Source: Escherichia phage vB_KppS-Ant
Length of the DNA stretch: 16,548 nt
Sequence record: LR881103
Direction: 5' to 3' (one strand)
Made by a program: the position numbers and the translations under genes. Shown here one piece after another: positions 7,889-15,637 of the stretch. Numbering within the stretch: the stretch's first letter is position 1; every line of letters begins with the position of its first letter. The notes under the pieces are model-generated. The model was not told the origin of the DNA and did no database searches. It worked only from the letters and a program-made list of their open reading frames with translations.

Positions 7889-8581
7889 ATGAAAAAGATT
7901 AATGCCCTCCACGGGCAGGGATTCGCTCACCCTGTAGCCAGCCAGCACGATATTTCAGCGAACCGTAAACAGGTTATTGCCGGTGACTGGTCGCCCATTA
8001 ATCGCGGTGAATTTACGCTTGCCGATCTGGGGTTGCGCCACAACGGTAACGGGCTGGTGTGGCTGCGTTCCGGCGTGTCCGTGCATGAGGCAGACCATGA
8101 TGCAGGGATAAGCGGCAAGGACAAGACCAAAGGAAGGGTTAACGGCCTTCCTTTTGAATTTGTCGGCCAGTGGCAGGAATACCCGACTAAACGCAGCTTT
8201 GCCGTTTCAGTATCTACGGAACTACGGCGCCAGTATTACCCGGACGATGCCGCATTCAGTAAGGCAATGCGTGAGGCTGGTTATGTTCCGGTGCGCACTC
8301 GCAAACTGACCGGAAAGGATGCTCGTTTTTGGCTGTACCGTGTAACGGGCAATGATAAGGGGGTTGTCGCAGCAGAATCCGCGCCACACAAGGCTTGCGC
8401 GCCAGTTGTCCAGACCATATCTAAGCCTCATCCGTGGTTTAAGCGTGTGGCACTCGATGGTAAATGGCAGTACGTCTACGCAGATCACATCCGCTTTCTG
8501 ACTAAAAAGCGTCATCGCGTCGATGGTGTTCGGGTTCAGGGGTATACCGCTGGCGGGCTGAAAGTGGAGGCTATTGTATGA
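7889..8581 (+). CDS. Hypothetical protein (230 aa) between alpA and the replication module
   Basis: Protein-like composition; stop overlaps next potential start (ATGA); function not recognisable from sequence. Confidence 0.55.
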   Translation: MKKINALHGQGFAHPVASQHDISANRKQVIAGDWSPINRGEFTLADLGLRHNGNGLVWLRSGVSVHEADHDAGISGKDKTKGRVNGLPFEFVGQWQEYPTKRSFAVSVSTELRRQYYPDDAAFSKAMREAGYVPVRTRKLTGKDARFWLYRVTGNDKGVVAAESAPHKACAPVVQTISKPHPWFKRVALDGKWQYVYADHIRFLTKKRHRVDGVRVQGYTAGGLKVEAIV

Positions 8582-8593
8582 CAGGCAAAACAA

Positions 8594-8615
8594 AGGCGGC
8601 CATGCCGGGCCGCCT
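8594..8615. other. GC-rich hairpin (8-bp stem, 6-nt loop) right after the 7889..8581 stop; terminator-like for minus-strand readthrough
   Basis: AGGCGGCC-atgccg-GGCCGCCT; the U-tract lies on the minus-strand side (complement of aaaacaaa at 8586..8593). Confidence 0.35.
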
Positions 8616-8923
8616 GAGTCTCAACGCTTTACTGAAACATCGCCAGATTACCAGGCTTGCCGCTGGTGGTCAAACCTTGAGCCAACGAAATCCGTACGCA
8701 CAAATTAACCGCGTACGTTTAACGTACGGACATCGCAATCCATTGAAGGAACTTGATTATAACGAATCGTTAGAATCGGCTGGCAACAAACACGAACAGT
8801 ATTCGGGTTCGCCTGAACATCAACACTGCTTAGGTTCAGAGGTTCCGACGAATAACGTAGAGAGCTGCGAAGATAACCAACCCTCTTTAAGAGGTGAGCC
8901 TCTGCACAACGCATTAAGAGTTG

Positions 8924-8950
8924 CGCAAAACAACCCCTCTTTAAGAGGGG
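8924..8950 (-). terminator. Rho-independent terminator for the minus-strand RHH gene
   Basis: Minus-strand reading: CCCCTCTT-a-AAGAGGGG followed by ttgtttt, about 35 nt downstream of the 8982 stop; a second similar palindrome CCTCTTTAAGAGG lies at 8881..8894. Confidence 0.55.
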
Positions 8951-8981
8951 CAGTTCACAGCATTACGGAGAGTAACCCTGT

Positions 8982-9185
8982 TCAGCTTTCAGGTTCCGAT
9001 CTGGCTTTCTTGCGCTGCTCAGATTTGAGTTTGCGCCCGCAGGCATCCAGAACCCACGCAGAGAAATTAGCACCGGCGTTATCTGCTTTCTCTCGCTCTA
9101 CGCTGGCGTCAATCTCTTCAATAAGTTCGTGCGGAAATCGTATCTTTTTCTGCGCTGATTTAGCGTTTACTGCCTTAGTAGCCAT
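8982..9185 (-). CDS. Small ribbon-helix-helix-like DNA-binding protein (67 aa), candidate repressor
   Basis: KIRFPHELIEEIDASV...NFSAWVLDACGRKL fits a beta-strand / helix / helix RHH (Arc/CopG-like) layout; strong RBS AGGAGG 4 nt before ATG; own terminator; divergent from the replication operon promoter. Confidence 0.55.
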   Translation of the reverse strand: MATKAVNAKSAQKKIRFPHELIEEIDASVEREKADNAGANFSAWVLDACGRKLKSEQRKKARSEPES

Positions 9186-9198
9186 TTACCCTCCTGCG

Positions 9199-9271
9199 TA
9201 TAGTGAGGGTACACCATATCAGAAAAATAGCTTGACGTGTACCCCCACCGAAAATATAGTGGGGGTGCACC
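9199..9271 (+). promoter_or_regulatory. Near-consensus sigma70 promoter (TTGACG-17-TATAGT) overlapped by three operator-like 12-mers GTG(A/G)GGGT(A/G)CAC
   Basis: -35 TTGACG 9232..9237, 17-nt spacer, -10 TATAGT 9255..9260; 12-mers at 9203..9214 (+), 9237..9248 (inverted) and 9259..9270 (+); 17-bp direct repeat tatagtgagggtacacc / tatagtgggggtgcacc. Confidence 0.55.
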
Positions 9272-9363
9272 TTGAGGTTGAAGATACTCAAGATACAGCG
9301 AAGCCCGGCAGTGTTACCAGCACTAACCGGGCCTCTGACCACAACGTAACTGAGGCTTACATC

Positions 9364-9552
9364 ATGGCTTGTATACAGCATACCCAAACTCGCCCCAAAT
9401 ATCAGTATCGTTTTCTTGCGCTGAGCGCCATCGGGCGCAACGTCATTCACATCACCGCTACCACTGAGCGCGAAGCCCGTGAGCAATCACCGGATGGATG
9501 CGTGATGGTATTCGCTGGTCGTCTGCCAGTTCGGGAGGGGCACCATGCGTGA
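9364..9552 (+). CDS. Possible small leader protein (about 62 aa), 3' portion of the long ORF 8578..9552
   Basis: ATG at 9364 with GAGG 8 nt upstream, downstream of the 9232..9260 promoter; sequence MACIQHTQTRPKYQYRFLALSAIGRNVIHITATTEREAREQ... looks more protein-like than the upstream part of the frame. Confidence 0.3.
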   Translation: MACIQHTQTRPKYQYRFLALSAIGRNVIHITATTEREAREQSPDGCVMVFAGRLPVREGHHA

Positions 9553-9739
9553 GCCAATCAGCTTAGACCAGGCAGAATACAAATCAGCGCTGGCCGCTTC
9601 ACTCTTCGAAACCATCCTGGAAAAAGCCTCTGCTGAATGTTCAGAAACGCTGCTGAATCTGATTTCTATTGCGTGTGATTTTAATCAGGAAATTCACCGG
9701 GCATTAATCGCTGAGCTGGGTATGGGAGAAACGAAATGA
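9545..9739 (+). CDS. Hypothetical small acidic protein (64 aa)
   Basis: Translationally coupled (overlapping start/stop) within the replication operon; net acidic. Confidence 0.45.
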   Translation: MREPISLDQAEYKSALAASLFETILEKASAECSETLLNLISIACDFNQEIHRALIAELGMGETK

Positions 9740-9954
9740 GACAGGTTCCTTTTGAAGTCCTGATGCACGCTGAAAATGCCCTTTCTGAAAGCGAAGGAGC
9801 CTATGAGGTTCTCAGCATGTGGCTAGACAGTATTCCTGAAAGCGAGGAGTTCCACGGTGAAGCGTGCAAGGTAAGCGCAATCATGTCGCTGCTGCATAAA
9901 TCTATCGGCGAGCTGGTGAAAGCGCGGGAGGCTTACAGTGAAAAACGCGCCTAA
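9736..9954 (+). CDS. Hypothetical small acidic protein (72 aa)
   Basis: ATGA overlap with the upstream ORF; Glu-rich; overlaps the helicase start. Confidence 0.45.
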   Translation: MRQVPFEVLMHAENALSESEGAYEVLSMWLDSIPESEEFHGEACKVSAIMSLLHKSIGELVKAREAYSEKRA

Positions 9955-11689
9955 TGTGAAAACCCTCCCGCGCGACAAAATGGAGGAGGCCATCATCTTT
10001 GCTGGAACGGGAGCATGGAAAGCCGCTCAGGATTACCAGAAAGGGAAGGGCGAGCATGGAGACGATGTTCCGCCTGTGGTTCTGGATCACACCCAACTGG
10101 CGGAATTACCACACCTGCGCATTGTTGATAAAGGCCGTCGATTTGCCCGTGTCTGTCAGGCCGGGCTTATCGAGCAAAACCAAATCAGCATGATTGCAAA
10201 TAAGTTGTGTGAGGCTGGCGTTACCAATGCTGAGTTTATCAACGAACAAGGCGAGAAAGAGGACTGGACGCCATTGATGAAACGTCTGGAAGACGAGCCC
10301 CTTATGGTGACTACGAGGGGAAGTGCTACGCCAGCGCTTAACCAGATGGGAGCCAGCCAGCGCGGGGAAGTTCTGCTTGCTCATTACAATGGCAATCTGG
10401 CGATCCATGCTGATTCCGACACGGTTCATCATTACAACGGCGTGGTGTGGGTTCCGCTTTCGGATAAAGAGCTGCAGCGAGAAATGGCGCAGATTTTTAT
10501 TGATTCCGAAGTCGCCTATTCGCAGAACGCGATTAAATCCGCTGTCGATACAATGAAGCTGGGCCTCCCGGTAATGGGTAACACAGCCCGTAACCTGATT
10601 GGTTTCAGCAACGGGGTTTTTGATACCCGGTTAGGCCAATTTCGACCGCATGATAAAAAGGACTGGCTTATCGTTGCGAGCGAATTGCCATTCAGCGAAC
10701 CAGCAGAAGGTGAAACTCTGGCAACCCATGCGCCTAACTTCTGGAAATGGCTCCGCCGCTCTGTGGCGGATAATGACCGAAAAGCAGACCGCGTACTGTC
10801 TGCGCTGTTTATGGTGCTGGCGAACCGGTACGACTGGCAGCTGTTTCTTGAGGTAACGGGGCCGGGCGGAAGTGGTAAAAGTGTCATGGCTGAGATCTGC
10901 ACGATGCTGGCGGGCAAGGCCAATACGGTATCGGCGAGCATGGCGGCGCTGGAGAACCCAAGGGAAAGGGCGCTGGTAGTTGGCTATTCGCTGATTATCA
11001 TGCCGGATATGACCCGGTACGCTGGCGACGGCGCAGGGATTAAAGCTATCACTGGCGGGGATAAGGTGGCTATCGACCCAAAACACAAAGCGCCATATTC
11101 AACCCGTATCCCGGCGGTGGTGCTGGCCGTCAATAACAATGCTATGACGTTCAGTGACCGCAGCGGCGGTATTTCAAGGCGACGGGTGATTTTCAACTTC
11201 ACCGAAGTAGTGCCGGAAAACGAACGCGATCCGATGCTGGCCGAGAAGATTGAAGGAGAGCTTGCGGTAATCATCCGGCATCTGCTTGTGCGCTTTTCCA
11301 GCCAGAACGAAGCCAAACAGCTTTTGCATGAGCAGCAGAAATCAGAAGAAGCGCTGGCCATCAAACGTGAAGGGGATTCACTGGTGGACTTTTGCGGATA
11401 CCTGATGGCTTCGGTGGTTTGTGATGGAATGCTGATTGGTAATGCCGAGATCGTGCCATTCAGCCCGCGCCGTTATCTGTATCACGCTTATCTGGCTTAC
11501 ATGCGGGCCAATGGTCTTAGCAAGCCTGTATCGTTAATGCGGTTCGGTACGGATATGCCAGGCGCAATGGCTGAATATGGCAAGGAGTACCAGAAGCGCA
11601 AAACTAAAAATGGCATAAGATCGAACGTCACCCTGCATGATGATTCAGAAGACTGGATGCCAATGTGTACCGATACAACAAAAGAATAA
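9938..11689 (+). CDS. Replication protein: P4-alpha / D5-family SF3 helicase (phage/plasmid primase C-terminal type), probable origin-binding initiator
   Basis: 583 aa; Walker A GPGGSGKS about 300 aa in; D5_N-like region upstream (HYNGVVWVP); GTG start with GGGAGG RBS; iteron cluster immediately downstream. Confidence 0.8.
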   Translation: MKNAPNVKTLPRDKMEEAIIFAGTGAWKAAQDYQKGKGEHGDDVPPVVLDHTQLAELPHLRIVDKGRRFARVCQAGLIEQNQISMIANKLCEAGVTNAEFINEQGEKEDWTPLMKRLEDEPLMVTTRGSATPALNQMGASQRGEVLLAHYNGNLAIHADSDTVHHYNGVVWVPLSDKELQREMAQIFIDSEVAYSQNAIKSAVDTMKLGLPVMGNTARNLIGFSNGVFDTRLGQFRPHDKKDWLIVASELPFSEPAEGETLATHAPNFWKWLRRSVADNDRKADRVLSALFMVLANRYDWQLFLEVTGPGGSGKSVMAEICTMLAGKANTVSASMAALENPRERALVVGYSLIIMPDMTRYAGDGAGIKAITGGDKVAIDPKHKAPYSTRIPAVVLAVNNNAMTFSDRSGGISRRRVIFNFTEVVPENERDPMLAEKIEGELAVIIRHLLVRFSSQNEAKQLLHEQQKSEEALAIKREGDSLVDFCGYLMASVVCDGMLIGNAEIVPFSPRRYLYHAYLAYMRANGLSKPVSLMRFGTDMPGAMAEYGKEYQKRKTKNGIRSNVTLHDDSEDWMPMCTDTTKE

Positions 11690-11719
11690 AGGCGGGGAAA
11701 ATTAAAAGTAATGGGATAA

Positions 11720-11950
11720 GTGTTCACCACTGTTCACCATGTATAAAAATCATTAAATAACAATATGTTAATGGGTGAACACTTTTTTATGAAGTGTTCA
11801 CCAAGTATTCACCTGTTCACCCTGTTTTATCTTTTCCTCAGTTTGAGGTGAAGGGTTGGGTGAACACTAGTGAACACCTGAAAGAATAGTATTCACCCTG
11901 TAACTATATGAATTTAATTAATAAATTATCAAAGGTGAACAGGTGAACAC
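11720..11950. promoter_or_regulatory. Origin-like iteron cluster: at least 10 copies of TGTTCACC / GGTGAACA (and the TATTCACC variant) in both orientations in AT-rich DNA
   Basis: Copies at about 11721, 11731, 11774 (inv), 11794, 11805 (variant), 11814, 11859 (inv), 11869 (inv), 11889 (variant), 11934 (inv), 11942 (inv). Confidence 0.65.
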
Positions 11951-12095
11951 TTAAACGTATATTTTTTAATTTTATTGAGCAACGCAGGATCACTTCCAGC
12001 CTGGAATACCTGGGATCAATCATGGAACACGCACCGTGGAATATTAAAAGCTAATATTTTTGTAAATTATTTGTATTCATGTTTACTCATTCTTA

Positions 12096-12123
12096 CCCCC
12101 GTCTTTTGCGGGGGTTTTCTTTA
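12096..12123 (+). terminator. Rho-independent terminator between the replication and head modules
   Basis: CCCCCG-tcttttg-CGGGGG (6-bp GC stem) followed by ttttcttt. Confidence 0.6.
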
Positions 12124-12289
12124 TATTTTTCATGTATATCTTGAAGAGTGGCACTCAGACGTGAGCCGCCACTGGCCGTTAAGTCAAGCTGTAGCGAGTA
12201 CAGCCTGCGAGAGGCAGAAAAAGATTTAACGGCCTCCCCTCCAAGCGCTGGTTTCACGTCTCTACATTAATTGATACGGAAACCACTCC

Positions 12290-13450
12290 ATGAAGAAACT
12301 ACTCGAATTACGCCAGCAGAAAGCCGCACTCAAAACACAGATGCGTTCCATGCTGGACAAAGCCGACACCGAAAAGCGCAGCCTGAACGAAGAAGAGGGC
12401 AAAAAGTTCGACGAACTCCGCGCACAGGCTGATGCGCTTGAAGTTGAAATCAACCGCCTTGAAGCCGTCGCCGAAGATCAGCGCAATCTGCCTGGTACTT
12501 CCGTTGAAGGTGATCCAGTAAGCAACGACGAGCTGCGCCACTACATCATGACCGGTGATACCCGTTCTCTCTCCACGCTGGTGCAGGCTGACGGCGGTTA
12601 TACCGTTATCCCTGAGCTGGACAAAGAGATTATGCGCCAGTTGCAGGATGATAGCGTGATGCGCTCCATCGCAACGGTGAAGACCACCAAAACCAACGAA
12701 TACCAGAAGCTGGTATCTGTGGGCGGCACTACCGTTAATCGTGGTACCGAAGGTGAGGCACGTACCGAAACCAGTACGCCGAAGATGGAGCGCGTTGATA
12801 TCAAACTCAACCCGATCTACGCCTACCCGAAAACCACTCAGGAGATTCTCGACTTCTCCGAGGTGGATATTTTGGGCTGGCTGTCTTCTGAAATTGCCGA
12901 CACCTTCACCGCGACCGAAGAAAGCGACTTTGTGAACGGCGACGGTGATAAAAAATCCAAAGGCTTCCTGTCTTACCCTCGCGCGGCCACTGCCGACAAA
13001 ACCCGTCCGTTCGGTACGCTGGAGAAGATGGAAGCGGCTGACGTTTCCTCTGATGGCCTGATCGACCTGCTGTATAAGCTGAAAGCCAAATACCGCAAAA
13101 ACGCCGTATGGGTGATGAACTCCAACACCGCAGCCAAACTGCAAAAGCTGAAAAACGGCAACGGGGATTACATCTGGCGCGATCGTCTGGTTGCCGGTTC
13201 TCCCGATACCCTGCTGGGCCGTCCGGTTCAGTACCTTGAAACCATGCCTGATGCTGATGCCGGAGAAGCGTTCCTCGCGGTTGGCGACTTCAAGCGCGGT
13301 TACTTCATCGTGGATCACACTACTGGTGTGCGTACCCGCCCTGACAACATCACCGAGCCGGGCTTCTATAAGGTTCACACCGATAAATATCTGGGCGGCG
13401 GCGTGGTGGACTCCAACGCGATCAAGATTCTGGAGCTTGCTGGTTCCTGA
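12290..13450 (+). CDS. Major capsid protein, HK97 fold/family
   Basis: 386 aa; N-terminal coiled-coil delta-domain-like region (KKLLELRQQKAALKTQ...), then ADGGYTVIPELDKEI and the overall HK97-family pattern. Confidence 0.85.
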   Translation: MKKLLELRQQKAALKTQMRSMLDKADTEKRSLNEEEGKKFDELRAQADALEVEINRLEAVAEDQRNLPGTSVEGDPVSNDELRHYIMTGDTRSLSTLVQADGGYTVIPELDKEIMRQLQDDSVMRSIATVKTTKTNEYQKLVSVGGTTVNRGTEGEARTETSTPKMERVDIKLNPIYAYPKTTQEILDFSEVDILGWLSSEIADTFTATEESDFVNGDGDKKSKGFLSYPRAATADKTRPFGTLEKMEAADVSSDGLIDLLYKLKAKYRKNAVWVMNSNTAAKLQKLKNGNGDYIWRDRLVAGSPDTLLGRPVQYLETMPDADAGEAFLAVGDFKRGYFIVDHTTGVRTRPDNITEPGFYKVHTDKYLGGGVVDSNAIKILELAGS

Positions 13451-13460
13451 TTCGACGTGT

Positions 13461-13477
13461 GAGGGGCTTCGGCCCCT
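13461..13477 (+). other. Stable hairpin with UUCG tetraloop between capsid and protease genes (possible attenuator or mRNA stabiliser)
   Basis: AGGGGC-ttcg-GCCCCT; only a short U-run follows. Confidence 0.35.
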
Positions 13478-13501
13478 TTCTGCCCTCTGTGGAGTCCAAT
13501 A

Positions 13502-14062
13502 ATGAAAACAATAGATTTTGAAATCCGCACCTCTGAACTGACCGCTACTGATAAGAAGCTGGTGGGCTATGCCGTGCGCTGGAACAGTCTGTCAGAAATC
13601 ATCTGGGATGAATTCAGGGAACAGTTCGCGCCGGGAGCGTTTAAAGACAGCCTGGCATCCGGTAGCGATGTGCGGGCGTTGTATGAGCATAACTATACCC
13701 AACTGCTGGGACGTACCAAATCTGGCACGCTGGTGCTGTCAGAAGATGATACCGGGCTGCGCTTTGAGCTGACGCCGCCGAATACTCAGCTTGGTAATGA
13801 TGTGCTGGCGCTGGTGGAACGTGGCGATCTTTCAGGTATGAGCTTTGGTTTCCGTGCGCTGAAAGAGTCCTGGGATATTGCGCAATCCCCGTACCTGCGA
13901 ACAGTGACCGCTGCCGAACTACGGGAAATCACCGTTACTTCCATGCCTGCTTACCCTGAATCCGGCGTGGAAATCGCGCACCGTTCGCTTTTCTCCCAAC
14001 ATCCTGAACTGCGCCGCGCTGGCGATAACCGTCGCCGCTGGGCTGAATTAGCGGGGCTCTGA
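13502..14062 (+). CDS. Prohead maturation protease, HK97 family
   Basis: 186 aa; GYAVRWN..., YEHNYTQLLGRT (His), LSEDDTGLRF, GMSFGF (Ser) pattern. Confidence 0.8.
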   Translation: MKTIDFEIRTSELTATDKKLVGYAVRWNSLSEIIWDEFREQFAPGAFKDSLASGSDVRALYEHNYTQLLGRTKSGTLVLSEDDTGLRFELTPPNTQLGNDVLALVERGDLSGMSFGFRALKESWDIAQSPYLRTVTAAELREITVTSMPAYPESGVEIAHRSLFSQHPELRRAGDNRRRWAELAGL

Positions 14063-14063
14063 T

Positions 14064-15299
14064 ATGTGGAATATCTGGCCGTTTGGCCGTAAGTCTGAAC
14101 CCTCTGAGCAGCGCAGCATGACCATTGATGAATTTCTGGCGATGGCAGGGATTCCAAATACCGGATCAGGCGAGTATGTGTCTGCGGGTACTGCGGAATC
14201 TCTGCCGGCGGTAATGAACGCCGTATCAGTTATCAGTGAGGCGGTGGCAACAATGCCCTGCTACCTCTACCGCGTGCGCAACGATAACGGGCGTGAGGCG
14301 CGGGAATGGCTGAGCAATCACCCGGTGGATTTTCTGCTGAATGAGCAGCCGAATATTTGCCAGACGCCTTACCAGTTCAAGCGCACGATGATGCGCCACT
14401 GTCTGCTGAACGGTAACGCCTATGCGGTGATCCAGTGGGGCCGCGACGGCCAGCCACAATCCCTGCATCCGTATGCGCCGGGGGCGGTTGTTCCTGAGCG
14501 TATCGGCGAGCATAAGTACAAATACACCATCACTGAGCCGTTTACCGGGGCTGTACGTACCTATTTGCAGGAAGAGATTCTGCACCTGCGTTATTCCACC
14601 GATGACGGTTTTCTGGGGCGCTCGCCGATCACCATTTGCCGGGAGGCGCTGGGGTTAGGTCTGGCCCAACAGCGCCACGGTGCCAGCATTATGAAAGATG
14701 GCATGATGGCGGCGGGCGTCATTACGGCTAAAGAATGGCTGGATAGCGTTAAAGGGAAAAGTGCACTTGAGGCGCTGGAGCGCTACAAAGGTGCAAGGAA
14801 TGCCGGGAAAACGCCGATCCTTGAAGGGGGGATGGACTACAAACAGCTTGGCATGAGCAATCAGGATGCCGAGTGGCTGGCCTCCCGCCGTTTCACCATT
14901 GAAGATATTGCCCGCATGTTCAACGTGTCGCCCATCTTCCTGCAGGAATACAGCAACAGCACCTACAGCAACTTCAGCGAGGCAAGCCGCGCTTTTCTCA
15001 CCATGACTATGCGCCCGTGGCTGGCGAACTTCGAGCAGCAGATTAAATCCGCGCTGCTGGTGGCTTCTCCTGTGCCGGGTATTCGTTATCAGGTGGAATT
15101 TGATTCCGCTGACCTTCTCCGCGCTACTCCTACCGAACGCTACGCAACCTATGAGCGCGGCATCAAGAACGGGATCATGAATCCTAACGAGGCTCGCGAG
15201 CGTGAGGGCATGGCACCGCGTGAAGGCGGTGACGAGTTCAGCCAGGCATGGAAGCAGGAAGTCACTGTGAGCAAGGGCAATAAGGATGGTGACGAATGA
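14064..15299 (+). CDS. Portal protein, HK97 family
   Basis: 411 aa; AVMNAVSVISEAVATMP and ARMFNVSPIFL segments typical of HK97-type portals. Confidence 0.8.
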   Translation: MWNIWPFGRKSEPSEQRSMTIDEFLAMAGIPNTGSGEYVSAGTAESLPAVMNAVSVISEAVATMPCYLYRVRNDNGREAREWLSNHPVDFLLNEQPNICQTPYQFKRTMMRHCLLNGNAYAVIQWGRDGQPQSLHPYAPGAVVPERIGEHKYKYTITEPFTGAVRTYLQEEILHLRYSTDDGFLGRSPITICREALGLGLAQQRHGASIMKDGMMAAGVITAKEWLDSVKGKSALEALERYKGARNAGKTPILEGGMDYKQLGMSNQDAEWLASRRFTIEDIARMFNVSPIFLQEYSNSTYSNFSEASRAFLTMTMRPWLANFEQQIKSALLVASPVPGIRYQVEFDSADLLRATPTERYATYERGIKNGIMNPNEAREREGMAPREGGDEFSQAWKQEVTVSKGNKDGDE

Positions 15300-15637
15300 A
15301 AGCCGGAAAGATGAAACGCCGCGTCACTATTCAGCAGTTCGTCAGTCACCAGGACCCGAACACGGGGTCAGTCACTAAAGAATGGCGCGATGTTGCCACC
15401 GTTTGGGGGGAGATAGACAGCGTAAGCGGGCGGGAGCTTGTAGCCGCCCAGGCTGAACAGTCAGAGATGACAGTCAGAATCTGGATTCGCTATCGCAAAG
15501 GCGTTACCACCAAAAACAGACTGACCTGCACAGAAAAAGGAATGCCTGTAACCATCTACGACATCAAAGCTGTTCTGCCTGATGCAGATCGTACCCGCCT
15601 TGAAATTATGTGCACCGGAGGGCTGACCAGTGGCTGA
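15296..15637 (+). CDS. Head-tail adaptor / head closure protein (SPP1 gp16-like head-tail joining family)
   Basis: 113 aa; RRVTIQ...D..G....W..V..VWGEI....GRE........MTVRIWIRYR pattern; ATGA overlap with the portal stop. Confidence 0.65.
   Translation: MKAGKMKRRVTIQQFVSHQDPNTGSVTKEWRDVATVWGEIDSVSGRELVAAQAEQSEMTVRIWIRYRKGVTTKNRLTCTEKGMPVTIYDIKAVLPDADRTRLEIMCTGGLTSG

Noticed and set aside
8578-9552. 324-aa plus-strand ORF spanning the region between 7889..8581 and the small acidic ORFs
   Set aside because: Translation is low-complexity and un-protein-like for most of its length; it fully overlaps the better-supported minus-strand RHH gene with its own RBS and terminator, and it reads through terminator hairpins and the promoter/operator region. 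Only its last ~62 codons (from ATG 9364) are kept as a low-confidence small ORF.
10516-11086. Two overlapping minus-strand ORFs (141 and 151 aa) inside the helicase gene
   Set aside because: Antisense to a well-supported gene with a Walker A motif; Arg/Ser-rich antisense-type composition.
11975-12229. 84-aa ORF between the iteron cluster and the capsid gene
   Set aside because: Reads straight through a strong intrinsic terminator (12096..12123) and AT-rich non-coding-looking sequence; hydrophobic low-complexity translation.
12308-13378. 356-aa minus-strand ORF antisense to the major capsid gene
   Set aside because: Entirely inside the well-supported HK97-type capsid gene; Gly/Arg/Val-rich translation typical of an antisense frame of a GC-rich coding region; no RBS context.
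14226-14585. 119-aa minus-strand ORF inside the portal gene
   Set aside because: Antisense within a confidently assigned portal gene; no RBS or motif support.
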